The translations under genes were made by a program, and so were the position numbers. From an uncultured Gemmatimonadales bacterium (lineage in GTDB: Bacteria; Gemmatimonadota; Gemmatimonadetes; Gemmatimonadales; GWC2-71-9): 64,000 bases of DNA. Of the stretch, positions 10,311-18,902 are shown in pieces. The stretch covers positions 1,376,001 to 1,440,000 of the forward strand of contig CAVYSW010000003.1 in assembly GCA_963771275.1 (NCBI GenBank), in the 5' to 3' direction. The notes under the pieces are model-generated. The model had not been told where the DNA came from. It did not search any database and worked only from the letters and a program-made list of their open reading frames with translations. How positions within the stretch are numbered: the stretch's first letter is position 1; every line of letters starts with the position of its first letter.

Positions 10311-10590
10311 CAGCGGTTCCTTCGGGGTCGTCCACGATCATGTTGCGGGTCGCGACATCCGACCATACCGGAATCATGAGCGAGGCGCCGGTAGTGGGAT
10401 TGAGGGCATAGCGATACGACGCCTTTTGGCGGTACTGCTCCCACATCCAGTCCCACCCTTCCTTGTAGTAGGAGCAGTCGTCGTTGAAGCAGACGTAGAA
10501 GAACTCGTCGTTCCAGCTCGCCCCATCCGGCACGAGCCACTTCTTGAGGCGGGATCCACAGTGGGTGCAGCGGGGAAGGGAAACCGCCAT
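10303..10590 (-). CDS. Small zinc-ribbon-like hypothetical protein
   Basis: ~95 aa from ATG 10590; CTHC...CFNDDC Cys pairs, Trp/Tyr rich; overlaps ykgJ start. Confidence 0.75.
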   Translation of the reverse strand: MAVSLPRCTHCGSRLKKWLVPDGASWNDEFFYVCFNDDCSYYKEGWDWMWEQYRQKASYRYALNPTTGASLMIPVWSDVATRNMIVDDPEGTADD

Positions 10591-10687
10591 CGGGATCCTC
10601 AATCGGTCAACCGTCGGCCGCGGCACTGCGGCATGCGCAGACATGCACTCCTCGGATCGGGTCGGTTGGCCGGTGATACCGTCCTGC

Positions 10688-10719
10688 GATCCTGGGGGCC
10701 GCAGACGGCCCCCAGGATC
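10688..10719 (-). terminator. Perfect 14-bp GC stem-loop just downstream of aprA
   Basis: GATCCTGGGGGCCG-caga-CGGCCCCCAGGATC, 13 nt past the aprA stop; no U-tract. Confidence 0.6.
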
Positions 10720-10732
10720 CCTGCCGTGACCC

Positions 10733-12625
10733 TTAGGCGGTGATTCGCTTCACGGGCCGCTTCTTCATCTCCCACTTGCCAGTGTCCTTGTGATAGATGC
10801 AGTTGCAGAAGGCGAGCCAGTTCTTGTTGTCGATGTTCGGCTTGTCGGCGCGGAAGTAGTAGCCCGGCCAACGGGTCTCCTCACGGAACAGGATGGAGCG
10901 CATGTGGGCGTCCGCCTGATACATCCGGTGGACGTTCTCCCAGCACCGCATCAGCTCGTGCAGGTTCTCCGCCGCGAGGTTGGCGGCGTCTTCCTTCAGG
11001 AAGGCCAGCAGCTCCAGGCCCCGCTCGATGAGCTTGTCGCTCGTCTTGAACTGGCTCGACACCCCACCCGCGTACTCGTCCATCAGCTTCTGCAGCCGAT
11101 ACATGAACTGCTGGGGGCGGATGTAGTTGGGGTTGATGTCGGGGTCGGTCGTCGCCCCTTTGTGCTTCGCGAAGGTCTCGATCGGCTGCAGGATTTCCTT
11201 CGTGAGCGCGTCGACCTGCGCCTGGTCGACCTTGGGCGGCCCCTTGTGGTCGACGATGTAGGAGATGGCCGCCTTCGCCGCGATCCGGCCTTCGGCGTGC
11301 GACCCGGACGAGAACTTGTGACTCGAGGCGCCCGACGCGTCGCCCGCCGCGAACATGCCCTGGACGGTCGTCATGTGCGGGTAGCCCCAGAAGTACTCGT
11401 CGCGCGTGGCGGGCGTCTGCAGATCCGCGGGCCCGGACACCCACGCGCCAGAGGCGCCGGAGTGCGAGCCGATGAAGTACGGATCGCACGCCATGATCTC
11501 AGACGGCTTCTTCTCGGGCTCGGTGTTGGTCGCGGCCCAGAGAATCGCCTGCGAGATCGTCATGTCGAGGAAGTCCTCCCAAGCCTCGGCCTCCAGCTCC
11601 TTCAGCTTCTTCTTGGCTTCCTTCTCGTCCGGTATCTGCTCCGCGATCTTCTTGATCGCGTCGGCCGTCTGCATGTAGATCGGCGACTTGCCGTCCATCA
11701 CGTCCAGCATCATCAGCCAGTTGCGGATGTTGGCCGGCGCCGGCTTCACCTTGGCGTACGGCTCCCACTTGTCGAGCTCGGCGGCGTTGTCCTTCATGTA
11801 GTTGCCGCCCTGCGCGTTGGTGGCGAGCGCCTTGAACAGCAGGAACCACGCGCCCACCGGGCCGTACGCGTCCTTGAACCGCACCGGGATGAAGCGCACT
11901 TCCTGACAGGTCATCTCGGCGCCGCCGTAGATCGTGAAGAAGGCACTGGCGCCGGAGTTGAACGGGGGATACCAGGAGCGGCCGAAGCCCTCGCCGGTGG
12001 AGCGGGGCTTGAACACGTGCACGGCGCCGCCCATGGCGACCAGGGTCGCCTTGGCCTTGAACACGTACACCTTGTTCTCGCGGACGCTGAAGCCGATCGC
12101 GCCGACGCACTTGTCGCCGTCGACCAGCGGGTGGGTGATGAACACCCGCTCGAAGTACTGCCCGTTCGCTTCCTTCAGGGCGTTCTTGGCCGCCTCGGCG
12201 ACGATGATCTTGTACGATTCGCCGTTGATCATCAGCTGCCAGCGTCCCTCGTGGACGTAGTTGCCGTCCTTGTCCTTCCAGATCGGCAGACCCCACTTTT
12301 CGAACAGGTGCACGGTCGAATCCACGTGGCGCGCGATGTCCGCCACGAGGTCCTCACGGGTGATGCCCATGAGGTCGTTGCGCACGTAGTCGACGTAGTC
12401 CTTCAGGGTGTTGTTGCCGCTGTTGAGGTCGACGTACTGGTTGATGGCCGAGAGCCCCATGGCCACCGCGCCCGAGCGGTCCATTGCCGCCTTGTCGACC
12501 AGAGTGACCTTGAGACCGTGTTGCTTGGCCCAATACGACGCTTCCACGGCTGCGCCGCAGGCCGCCATCCCGCCGCCGCAGATCAGCAGGTCGGTCTCAA
12601 CCGTTACGGTTTCGAAAGCCGCCAT
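10733..12625 (-). CDS. aprA: Adenylylsulfate (APS) reductase alpha subunit
   Basis: 630 aa; GGGMAACG, RSGAVAMGLSAIN, WQLMINGESYK, HKFSSGSHAEGR, FREETRWPGYY motifs. Confidence 0.98.
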   Translation of the reverse strand: MAAFETVTVETDLLICGGGMAACGAAVEASYWAKQHGLKVTLVDKAAMDRSGAVAMGLSAINQYVDLNSGNNTLKDYVDYVRNDLMGITREDLVADIARHVDSTVHLFEKWGLPIWKDKDGNYVHEGRWQLMINGESYKIIVAEAAKNALKEANGQYFERVFITHPLVDGDKCVGAIGFSVRENKVYVFKAKATLVAMGGAVHVFKPRSTGEGFGRSWYPPFNSGASAFFTIYGGAEMTCQEVRFIPVRFKDAYGPVGAWFLLFKALATNAQGGNYMKDNAAELDKWEPYAKVKPAPANIRNWLMMLDVMDGKSPIYMQTADAIKKIAEQIPDEKEAKKKLKELEAEAWEDFLDMTISQAILWAATNTEPEKKPSEIMACDPYFIGSHSGASGAWVSGPADLQTPATRDEYFWGYPHMTTVQGMFAAGDASGASSHKFSSGSHAEGRIAAKAAISYIVDHKGPPKVDQAQVDALTKEILQPIETFAKHKGATTDPDINPNYIRPQQFMYRLQKLMDEYAGGVSSQFKTSDKLIERGLELLAFLKEDAANLAAENLHELMRCWENVHRMYQADAHMRSILFREETRWPGYYFRADKPNIDNKNWLAFCNCIYHKDTGKWEMKKRPVKRITA

Positions 12626-12694
12626 TTTCGCATCTCCTCGAGGATTCCCTCGGCCGAAGCCAGTAGATCCGGTATGTCGTCGATGTCCGGCCGC

Positions 12695-13162
12695 CTACAG
12701 CGTCACGGCCTTGGCGATCTTGACCTTGCCCCGCTCGGTGTTCAGGCCGGCCGGCTCGCACATCAGCGTCGGGCTCTTCAGGTCGGCATCCCCGGTGGGA
12801 TAGTGGCTGAACGGCTGCGCTTTGCCTTCAGCGACGCCCCGGCGGTGCGGGAACTTGAACCGCTTCGGCTTGATGTCTTTGCTGCGGAACTGGAGGGTCC
12901 ACATGATGTCTTCGGAGCTGCGCATTGCCGTGACGCTCGCGCCCATCGGCACGAAATCGGCGTAGCCGCGTACCTCGATCGCCTGCGTCGGGCAGATCTT
13001 CACGCAGCTGTAGCACTCCCAGCACATCCAGGGATCCTGGTTGTACGCCTTCATGGTGCCCTTGTCGAGCACCATGAGGTCGTTCGGACAAATGTACTGG
13101 CAAGCGGTCTTGTCGAGCGCTTTGCAGCCATCACACTTGTCCGGGTTCACGAAGGTCGGCAT
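12695..13162 (-). CDS. aprB: APS reductase beta subunit
   Basis: 155 aa; CDGCKALDKTACQYICPNDLM and CWECYSCVKICP ferredoxin motifs. Confidence 0.97.
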   Translation of the reverse strand: MPTFVNPDKCDGCKALDKTACQYICPNDLMVLDKGTMKAYNQDPWMCWECYSCVKICPTQAIEVRGYADFVPMGASVTAMRSSEDIMWTLQFRSKDIKPKRFKFPHRRGVAEGKAQPFSHYPTGDADLKSPTLMCEPAGLNTERGKVKIAKAVTL

Positions 13163-13344
13163 GACTTGTTTCCTTTCTGTCCAGATCAGGCGTTCCCGGG
13201 AACTAGGCCTTCTCTCCGATACCTACCAGCCCGCAGCGGCGACCTCTCGCCAGAGGCGCCGCACGGTAGCCGCATCCATCGCCGCATCTCCACTCCCCTG
13301 CTGCGCGACTGTCATCGTACCCGTCCATAGCCGACTGTCACACT

Positions 13345-13362
13345 CCGAGATATTTATCACGA
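13345..13362. promoter_or_regulatory. Candidate Rex operator downstream of the aprB promoter
   Basis: Minus strand TCGTGA-TAAATA-TCTCGG resembles TTGTGAA-N4-TTCACAA; AT-rich core in high-GC DNA. Confidence 0.55.
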
Positions 13363-13376
13363 TTCACCTCACGGGA

Positions 13377-13404
13377 ATCTTGCCGCCCGTGCCCGGCGCG
13401 TCAA
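13377..13404 (-). promoter_or_regulatory. Candidate sigma70 promoter for the aprBA-qmo-sat-dsr cluster
   Basis: Minus strand TTGACG-N16-CAAGAT, about 215 bp upstream of aprB. Confidence 0.55.
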
Positions 13405-13411
13405 GGCCTAA

Positions 13412-13429
13412 GTGCGATTCCTGTCACGA
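13412..13429. promoter_or_regulatory. Candidate Rex operator just upstream of the aprB -35
   Basis: Minus strand TCGTGA-CAGGAA-TCGCAC pseudo-palindrome. Confidence 0.55.
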
Positions 13430-14152
13430 TTCGGAGATTATTGCAATCCGTCTTCTCCCGTTTCGCGCGCGCGGAGCTCCGGGAGGAGGGTGGCGCCGGA
13501 CGGGCACGGGAGCCGCAAGAGATGCCGCACCGTGCCGGCGGAGGTGGTGGGTGATCTCCGACAGACCGAGGGAAATGTGCTCGTTGCGCACCAGCACGCC
13601 GGACGGCACCACCGGGTGCGCGGGGGCGAAATTCCAGATGACCCGGACGCCGGCATCGGCGAGACGGTCGATGACCCGCTGGGCGGCGTCGGCGGGCGTC
13701 GTGACGACGGCGAGCGGGATGTGGTGGCTCTTGATGAACGCGCTGAGCGCGCGCATCGGTCGCACGGGGCACCCGTTGATACGCCGGCCGATCTTGCGCG
13801 GGTCGGTGTCGAACGCCGCGAGAAAGTGCAGGCCGTAGCGGGTGAACCGGCGATACGCCAGGATAGCCGAGCCGAGGTGGCCGGCGCCCACGAGCACCGC
13901 GTCATGTTGGCGGTCGAAGCCAAGCTCTTGCTGCACGGCCAGGCAGACCTCGTCCACCTCGAAGCCCACCCGTCCCTTGCCGAGCAGACCGATCGCCCCG
14001 AAATCCTTGCGGACCTGCGTCGGGTCGATGTCGAGCGCCTCGGCGATGCGGCCGCTGGTGACCGTGCGGCCCTGGTCCCGCACGGGGGACTCGGACAGGA
14101 GCAGGTAGTACCGCATCAGGCGTTCGAGCGCCAATTGGCTGAGATGCGCCAT
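13424..14152 (-). CDS. rex: Redox-sensing transcriptional repressor Rex
   Basis: Likely start MAHLSQLALERL; winged helix with QVRKDF and GKGRVGF; Rossmann GAGHLG; IWNFAP. Confidence 0.93.
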   Translation of the reverse strand: MAHLSQLALERLMRYYLLLSESPVRDQGRTVTSGRIAEALDIDPTQVRKDFGAIGLLGKGRVGFEVDEVCLAVQQELGFDRQHDAVLVGAGHLGSAILAYRRFTRYGLHFLAAFDTDPRKIGRRINGCPVRPMRALSAFIKSHHIPLAVVTTPADAAQRVIDRLADAGVRVIWNFAPAHPVVPSGVLVRNEHISLGLSEITHHLRRHGAASLAAPVPVRRHPPPGAPRARNGRRRIAIISES

Positions 14153-14193
14153 CGGTCCCCCTTGGCCGCCGCGAGCACCCCCCTGCGGAGTAT

Positions 14194-14252
14194 TCGCGAT
14201 TTTTGTCACACTTTCACTACCGGCATTCTAGCAGCGGGCCGCGGCGCGTCAA
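14194..14252 (-). promoter_or_regulatory. rex promoter (extended -10) with downstream Rex-like operator
   Basis: Minus strand TTGACG(14252-14247)-N16-TAGAAT(14230-14225) with TGn; operator-like TCGCGA-TTTTTG-TCACAC at 14194-14211. Confidence 0.65.
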
Positions 14253-14322
14253 GCCCTTGCGGGGTTCGGTGAGGAGCGGAGAGGTTACGGTCACCGTTCC
14301 CCTCCCCTCGGGAGACTGCACG

Positions 14323-15348
14323 ATGCCTGCCTCACCCAACACCCCGCGTCCGCTGCGCCGCCCACGGCGGCTGCGCCGCAACGCCATCATCCGCGGCTTG
14401 ATCCGCGAAACGCGCCTGACGCCGGACCGGCTGGTGCTGCCGCTGTTCATCGTCGATGGCGAGCACGTGGCCGATCCCATCGCCAGCATGCCGGGGCAGG
14501 CCCGGTTGTCGATCGATCGTTCGATCGCCAAGTGCGAGGAAGCACTCGCGCTGGGCGTTGGTGCTTTCGCCCTGTTTCCCGCCGTGCCGCCGTCCCGCAA
14601 GACGCGCGACGCCAGGGAGGCACTCAATCCGGACAATTTGCTCTGCCGCGCCGTACGCGCGCTGAAGGCCGCAGTCCCCAGCGCATTCCTTATTACGGAC
14701 ATCGCGCTCGATCCCTATTCCAGCCTGGGCCACGACGGACTCGTGAGCGACGACGGGGTCGTGCTGAACGACGACACCGTGGACGTGCTGGCGGGAATGG
14801 CGGTGGTGCATGCCCAGGCGGGAGCGGACATGGTCGCCCCGTCCGATATGATGGACGGTCGAGTGGGCGCCATCCGCGCCGCGCTCGATGCCGCCGGGGC
14901 CACCGACGTGGCGATCCTGAGCTACACGGCCAAGTACGCGTCCGGCTTTTACGGGCCGTTCCGCGAGGCGCTCGACTCCGCTCCAGTCGACGCGCCCAAC
15001 GTGCCGAAGGACAAGAAGACCTACCAGATGGATCCGGCCAACGCGCGCGAGGCGCTGACCGAGGCCCGGCTCGACGAGCACGAGGGCGCGGACGTCCTGA
15101 TGGTGAAGCCCGCCCTGCCGTACCTCGACGTCATCAGCCGGCTGCGCGCCGCCACCCATCTGCCGATCGCCGCGTACCACGTGAGCGGCGAGTACGCCAT
15201 GCTCAAGGCCGCCGCGGCCAACGGCTGGCTCGACGAGCGCACGTGCATGACGGAAGTGCTCGTGGCGATCGCCCGGGCCGGGGCCGACGTGATCCTCACC
15301 TACGCGGCGCTGGATTACGCCCGGTGGTGGCGAGAAACGTCGCGGTAG
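14323..15348 (+). CDS. hemB: Porphobilinogen synthase (ALA dehydratase), Asp-rich non-Zn type
   Basis: RPRRLR, APSDMMDGRV, KKTYQMDPAN, MVKP, AYHVSGEYAM; metal site DIALDPYSSLGHDG lacks the Cys triad. Confidence 0.96.
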   Translation: MPASPNTPRPLRRPRRLRRNAIIRGLIRETRLTPDRLVLPLFIVDGEHVADPIASMPGQARLSIDRSIAKCEEALALGVGAFALFPAVPPSRKTRDAREALNPDNLLCRAVRALKAAVPSAFLITDIALDPYSSLGHDGLVSDDGVVLNDDTVDVLAGMAVVHAQAGADMVAPSDMMDGRVGAIRAALDAAGATDVAILSYTAKYASGFYGPFREALDSAPVDAPNVPKDKKTYQMDPANAREALTEARLDEHEGADVLMVKPALPYLDVISRLRAATHLPIAAYHVSGEYAMLKAAAANGWLDERTCMTEVLVAIARAGADVILTYAALDYARWWRETSR

Positions 15349-15522
15349 GAGGTTCGAGGCGTTTCGATTCTGCGACATGAACGGCCCCGTCCGTGACCGC
15401 CGTGTAGCGGGACTGCCCGCCGGCATTCGCACCAAGTCCTACCATTTCAATCGGATAGCGCAGGGAGGGGCATGGAGTCCGGCTCGCGGATGGGTTACCA
15501 TTCAGTTGTGCAACAGTGAGAC

Positions 15523-16923
15523 ATGGCGAGCCAGCACAGCTCGCCGGGTCAAGGGGGCGGGATGGAGCCGGAGAGCGAAGCCAAGTTCTTCCAGACGGTG
15601 CTGCGCTGCGTGGCCGACGGGGTCTTCACGATCGACCGCGAGTGGCGCATCACGTCGTTCAACAAGGCCGCGGAGCGCATCACTGGCGTGCCAGCCAGGC
15701 AGGCGATCGGGAAGAAGTGCGCCGACGTCTTTCATGCGGACATCTGCGAGGACAACTGCGCGATCCGCGAGACGCTGACCACGAAGCGTGAGGTCATCGA
15801 TCGGTCGGCCAGGATCCTCAACTCGGCGGGCCGGGCCGTCCCGATCAGCGTCAGCACCGGCGTGCTGCGGCGGGATGGCGGGGAGATCCTCGGCGCCGTC
15901 GAGACCTTCCGCGACCTGTCGGCCATGGAGCAGCTGCGCCGCGAGATCGACTGCAAGTACACGATCGAGGACATCATCGGCAAGAGCGAGGCGTTCCAGA
16001 AGATCTTCGCCATCCTGCCGGACATCGCCGAGAGCGAGAGCACGGTGCTGCTCGAAGGACCGAGCGGCTCGGGTAAGGAGCTCCTCGCGCGGGCGATTCA
16101 CAACCTGAGCCCGCGGCGCAAGCAACCCTACGTCGTCGTGAACTGCGGCACGCTGCCGGCCAACCTGGTCGAGTCCGAGCTGTTCGGCTACAGGCAGGGC
16201 GCGTTCACCGATGCCAAGACGAACAAGCCGGGCCGCATCGCCCTGGCCGAGGGCGGCACCGTCTTCTTCGACGAGATCGGGGAGCTGCCCCCCGAAACGC
16301 AGGTGAAGCTGCTCCGGCTGCTGCAGGAACGCGAGTTCGAGCCGCTTGGCGGCGTGAAGCCGCAGAAGGCCGACGTCCGCGTCGTCGCGGCGACGAACAG
16401 GAGGCTGGCCGAGCTCGTGAGCCGAGGGCTGTTCCGGGACGATCTCTACTTCCGTGTGGCCGTGGTACGTCTCACCATTCCGCCGCTGGCGGCGCGGCGC
16501 GAGGACATTCCGTATCTGGTCGATCACTTCATCGAGCGGTTCAACGCCAAGCGCGGGAAGAAGATCCAGGGCGTCACCTCCGCGGTGATGGAGATCCTCA
16601 TGCGGCACGAGTTTCCCGGGAACGTGCGGGAGCTCGAGAACCTGATCGAGTACGGGTTCGCCCTGTGCCACAATGGGCTGATCGACACGTGTCATCTGCC
16701 CGAGGAGCTGAGGCCCACGGGGCGCGCCGTCCCCTGCGGACACGCCCCCGCGGCGAGCATCTCCCCCTTGCAGCGCGCGGAGGCGGAGGCCGTCCGAGCC
16801 GCCCTGAGTCACAATGCGGGCCACCTGGGCCGCTCGGCCGTGGAGCTCGGCGTGAGCCGCGCCACCCTGTGGCGCAAGATGACCCGGTACGGGATCGTCG
16901 CGGAGGCGTTCCGCGACGGCTGA
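15523..16923 (+). CDS. Sigma54-dependent activator (PAS-AAA+-HTH), OrpR-like
   Basis: PAS with C-x8-C-x3-C (KCADVFHADICEDNC), Walker A GPSGSGKE, ESELFGYRQGAFTDA, C-terminal LGVSRATLWRK HTH; start may be 15562. Confidence 0.92.
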   Translation: MASQHSSPGQGGGMEPESEAKFFQTVLRCVADGVFTIDREWRITSFNKAAERITGVPARQAIGKKCADVFHADICEDNCAIRETLTTKREVIDRSARILNSAGRAVPISVSTGVLRRDGGEILGAVETFRDLSAMEQLRREIDCKYTIEDIIGKSEAFQKIFAILPDIAESESTVLLEGPSGSGKELLARAIHNLSPRRKQPYVVVNCGTLPANLVESELFGYRQGAFTDAKTNKPGRIALAEGGTVFFDEIGELPPETQVKLLRLLQEREFEPLGGVKPQKADVRVVAATNRRLAELVSRGLFRDDLYFRVAVVRLTIPPLAARREDIPYLVDHFIERFNAKRGKKIQGVTSAVMEILMRHEFPGNVRELENLIEYGFALCHNGLIDTCHLPEELRPTGRAVPCGHAPAASISPLQRAEAEAVRAALSHNAGHLGRSAVELGVSRATLWRKMTRYGIVAEAFRDG

Positions 16924-16928
16924 CCGGA

Positions 16929-16978
16929 TGGCTCGACATTGAAACGTCGGAGCCTCCTGCGGTTTCACATCTGCAACA
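16929..16978. promoter_or_regulatory. Pair of candidate enhancer (UAS) sites for the sigma54 activator
   Basis: TGGCTCG-ACAT-TGAAACG (16929-16946) and GGTTTCA-CATC-TGCAACA (16961-16978), 32 bp apart; a similar site TTGTGCA-ACAG-TGAGACA lies at 15506-15523. Confidence 0.5.
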
Positions 16979-17066
16979 TTCATGGCTCAGCACCGTCCGT
17001 CAGCGCCACCCCACAAGTCCCAACCCCATAACACGTTGCGCCGGCCGCCGACCACGCGTGCGGCGG

Positions 17067-17081
17067 TGGCGCGCTACCTGC
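17067..17081 (+). promoter_or_regulatory. Sigma54 (-24/-12) promoter
   Basis: TGGCGCG-CTAC-CTGC matches TGGCACG-N4-TTGC spacing, 27 nt upstream of the next start; IHF-like TAACACGTTG at ~17029-17038. Confidence 0.65.
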
Positions 17082-17107
17082 CTTGAGGATAGGCGGGGAG
17101 GCCAAAC

Positions 17108-17494
17108 GTGAGAGTCGCCATTCCGCGTCTCGGAGAGTCGGTCGCGCCGTGCTTCGGGCACTGCTCCATCATGGCAGTGTTCACGGTGGAGAGCGGTCGG
17201 GTGATCGACCAGATCGACTTTCGCCTCCAGAGCCGCGAGCCGTTCGACCGCGTGCGGCTGCTCCGCGACCAACAGGTCGACACGATCATCTGCGGCGGGG
17301 TGCAGGATGTGTACGAGGCCTCGCTGCGCGCCAACGGCATCCGGGTCATCTCGTGGGTTTCCGGCAGCGTCAACGATCTGCTGGCGTTGTTCGTCCGGGG
17401 CCAGCTGGTGCCCGGGACCGTGACCGGCCGTCGCTCGGCCTACGAGGGGCCGGACCATCCGAAAGGAAGCCACATCGGTGGGCACAAGGGATAA
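17108..17494 (+). CDS. NifB/NifX (dinitrogenase FeMo-co / Orange-protein-like) family protein
   Basis: MRVAIP...VAPCFGHC...VDTIICGG...LRANGIRV; GGGGAGG RBS before GTG. Confidence 0.85.
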   Translation: MRVAIPRLGESVAPCFGHCSIMAVFTVESGRVIDQIDFRLQSREPFDRVRLLRDQQVDTIICGGVQDVYEASLRANGIRVISWVSGSVNDLLALFVRGQLVPGTVTGRRSAYEGPDHPKGSHIGGHKG

Positions 17495-18884
17495 GTACAG
17501 CTACTACGTCGAGCCGCGGACGCTCGAGGTCACGGAGCGGGCGCGGAAGTTTCTCGAGGCGTTCGCCGCGGTGCTGGACGCGGGCAACTACGGCCTCGCG
17601 CTCGACACCTATGCGCGGTTGAGCGCGAAGTGCGCGCGGTGTGCGGTCTCCTGCCAGCTCTACGAGACGACGCATGCGGCGCGTGACATTCCCTGCCGCC
17701 GCTCCGATCTGCTGCTGCGCGTGTATCGTCGCTACTTCACGCCGGCCGGGATCGCCCGGGCGAGGCTGTTCGGCGGGTTCACCCTCACGGACCGGTATCT
17801 CGATGTGATGGCCGAGGAGTACTACCGCTGCACGGCGTGCCGGCGGTGCGCGGCCACCTGCCCGGTCGGCATCGACCACGGCCTGGTCACCCACCTCGCG
17901 CGCTGGCTGCTGGCCGAGATCGACGTGATCCCCAAAGCGCTGGTGGTCGCCGTGCGGGAGCAGCTGCAGGGCGTGGGGAACACGTCGGCGATTCCGGTCC
18001 CCGCCCTCAAGGACACGTGCGAGTTCCTGGAGGAGGAGTTCCGCGACATCTACCACGTCGACGTCAAGTTCCCGATGGATGTCGAGGGGGCGGAGTACGT
18101 GTTCTTCCCGGCGGTGTCGGACTACCTGCTCGAGGCGGACACGCTGATGGGTAACGCGGCCGTGCTGCACGTGACGGGCAGCTCGTGGACCATCGGCACG
18201 GGCAACTACGACGGCATCAACTACGGCCTGTTCTACAGCGACCGGATGATGGAGCGCATTGTGCGCAACGTGGTCGCGGAGGTCCACCGGCTCAAGGGCC
18301 GCAAAGTCCTGGTGGGCGAGTGCGGCCACGCGACGCGCAGCGCCTGGTACATCCCGGCGTTCGGCGGCGCGGACCCGCCCCCGGTCGTGAACTGTCTCCA
18401 GTACACGTGCCAGATGCTGGAGGCGGGCCGGATTCCGCTGAAGCCGGAGAAGATCGCAGAGCGGGTGACGTATCACGACCCGTGCAACATCGCCCGCAGC
18501 GGGCGGATCACCGAGGAGCCCAGAGAGATCCTCAAGGCCATCTGCAGCGACTTCGTCGACATGACGCCGAACCGGACCCGGAACTACTGCTGTGGTGGTG
18601 GGGGCGGCACGGTGTCGATCGACGAGATCCGCGCGTTCCGCACGGGCCTCATGGGCAAGCGCAAGGCCGACCAGATCCGCGCCACGGGGGCGAAGGTTGT
18701 CGTCTCCCCCTGCGCCAACTGCAAGAAGCAGCTCCGCGAAGTCTGCCAGGACAACGGGCTGGAAGACGTCGAAGTTCTCGGCCTGCACGATCTGCTGCTG
18801 CGCGTGATCGACTTCGGCGTGGCCGGGCCGCCCGCCGAGCCGGCGGGCGAGGGCGCGCGCAGCTGCGCGGGGCCGGCAACCTGA
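17478..18884 (+). CDS. HmcF/DsrK-like HdrD-family Fe-S protein
   Basis: 468 aa; CTACRRCAATCP, VGECGHA, YHDPCNIAR...YCCGGGGG...SPCANC CCG domain. Confidence 0.88.
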   Translation: MGTRDKYSYYVEPRTLEVTERARKFLEAFAAVLDAGNYGLALDTYARLSAKCARCAVSCQLYETTHAARDIPCRRSDLLLRVYRRYFTPAGIARARLFGGFTLTDRYLDVMAEEYYRCTACRRCAATCPVGIDHGLVTHLARWLLAEIDVIPKALVVAVREQLQGVGNTSAIPVPALKDTCEFLEEEFRDIYHVDVKFPMDVEGAEYVFFPAVSDYLLEADTLMGNAAVLHVTGSSWTIGTGNYDGINYGLFYSDRMMERIVRNVVAEVHRLKGRKVLVGECGHATRSAWYIPAFGGADPPPVVNCLQYTCQMLEAGRIPLKPEKIAERVTYHDPCNIARSGRITEEPREILKAICSDFVDMTPNRTRNYCCGGGGGTVSIDEIRAFRTGLMGKRKADQIRATGAKVVVSPCANCKKQLREVCQDNGLEDVEVLGLHDLLLRVIDFGVAGPPAEPAGEGARSCAGPAT

Positions 18885-18902
18885 CAAGAAGGAGCGTGGG
18901 AC

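Noticed and set aside
9..13330. Long plus-strand ORFs (9-1079, 3238-4947, 5841-7274, 10790-13330 and others)
   Set aside because: Antisense shadows of well-supported minus-strand genes in high-GC DNA; no motifs.
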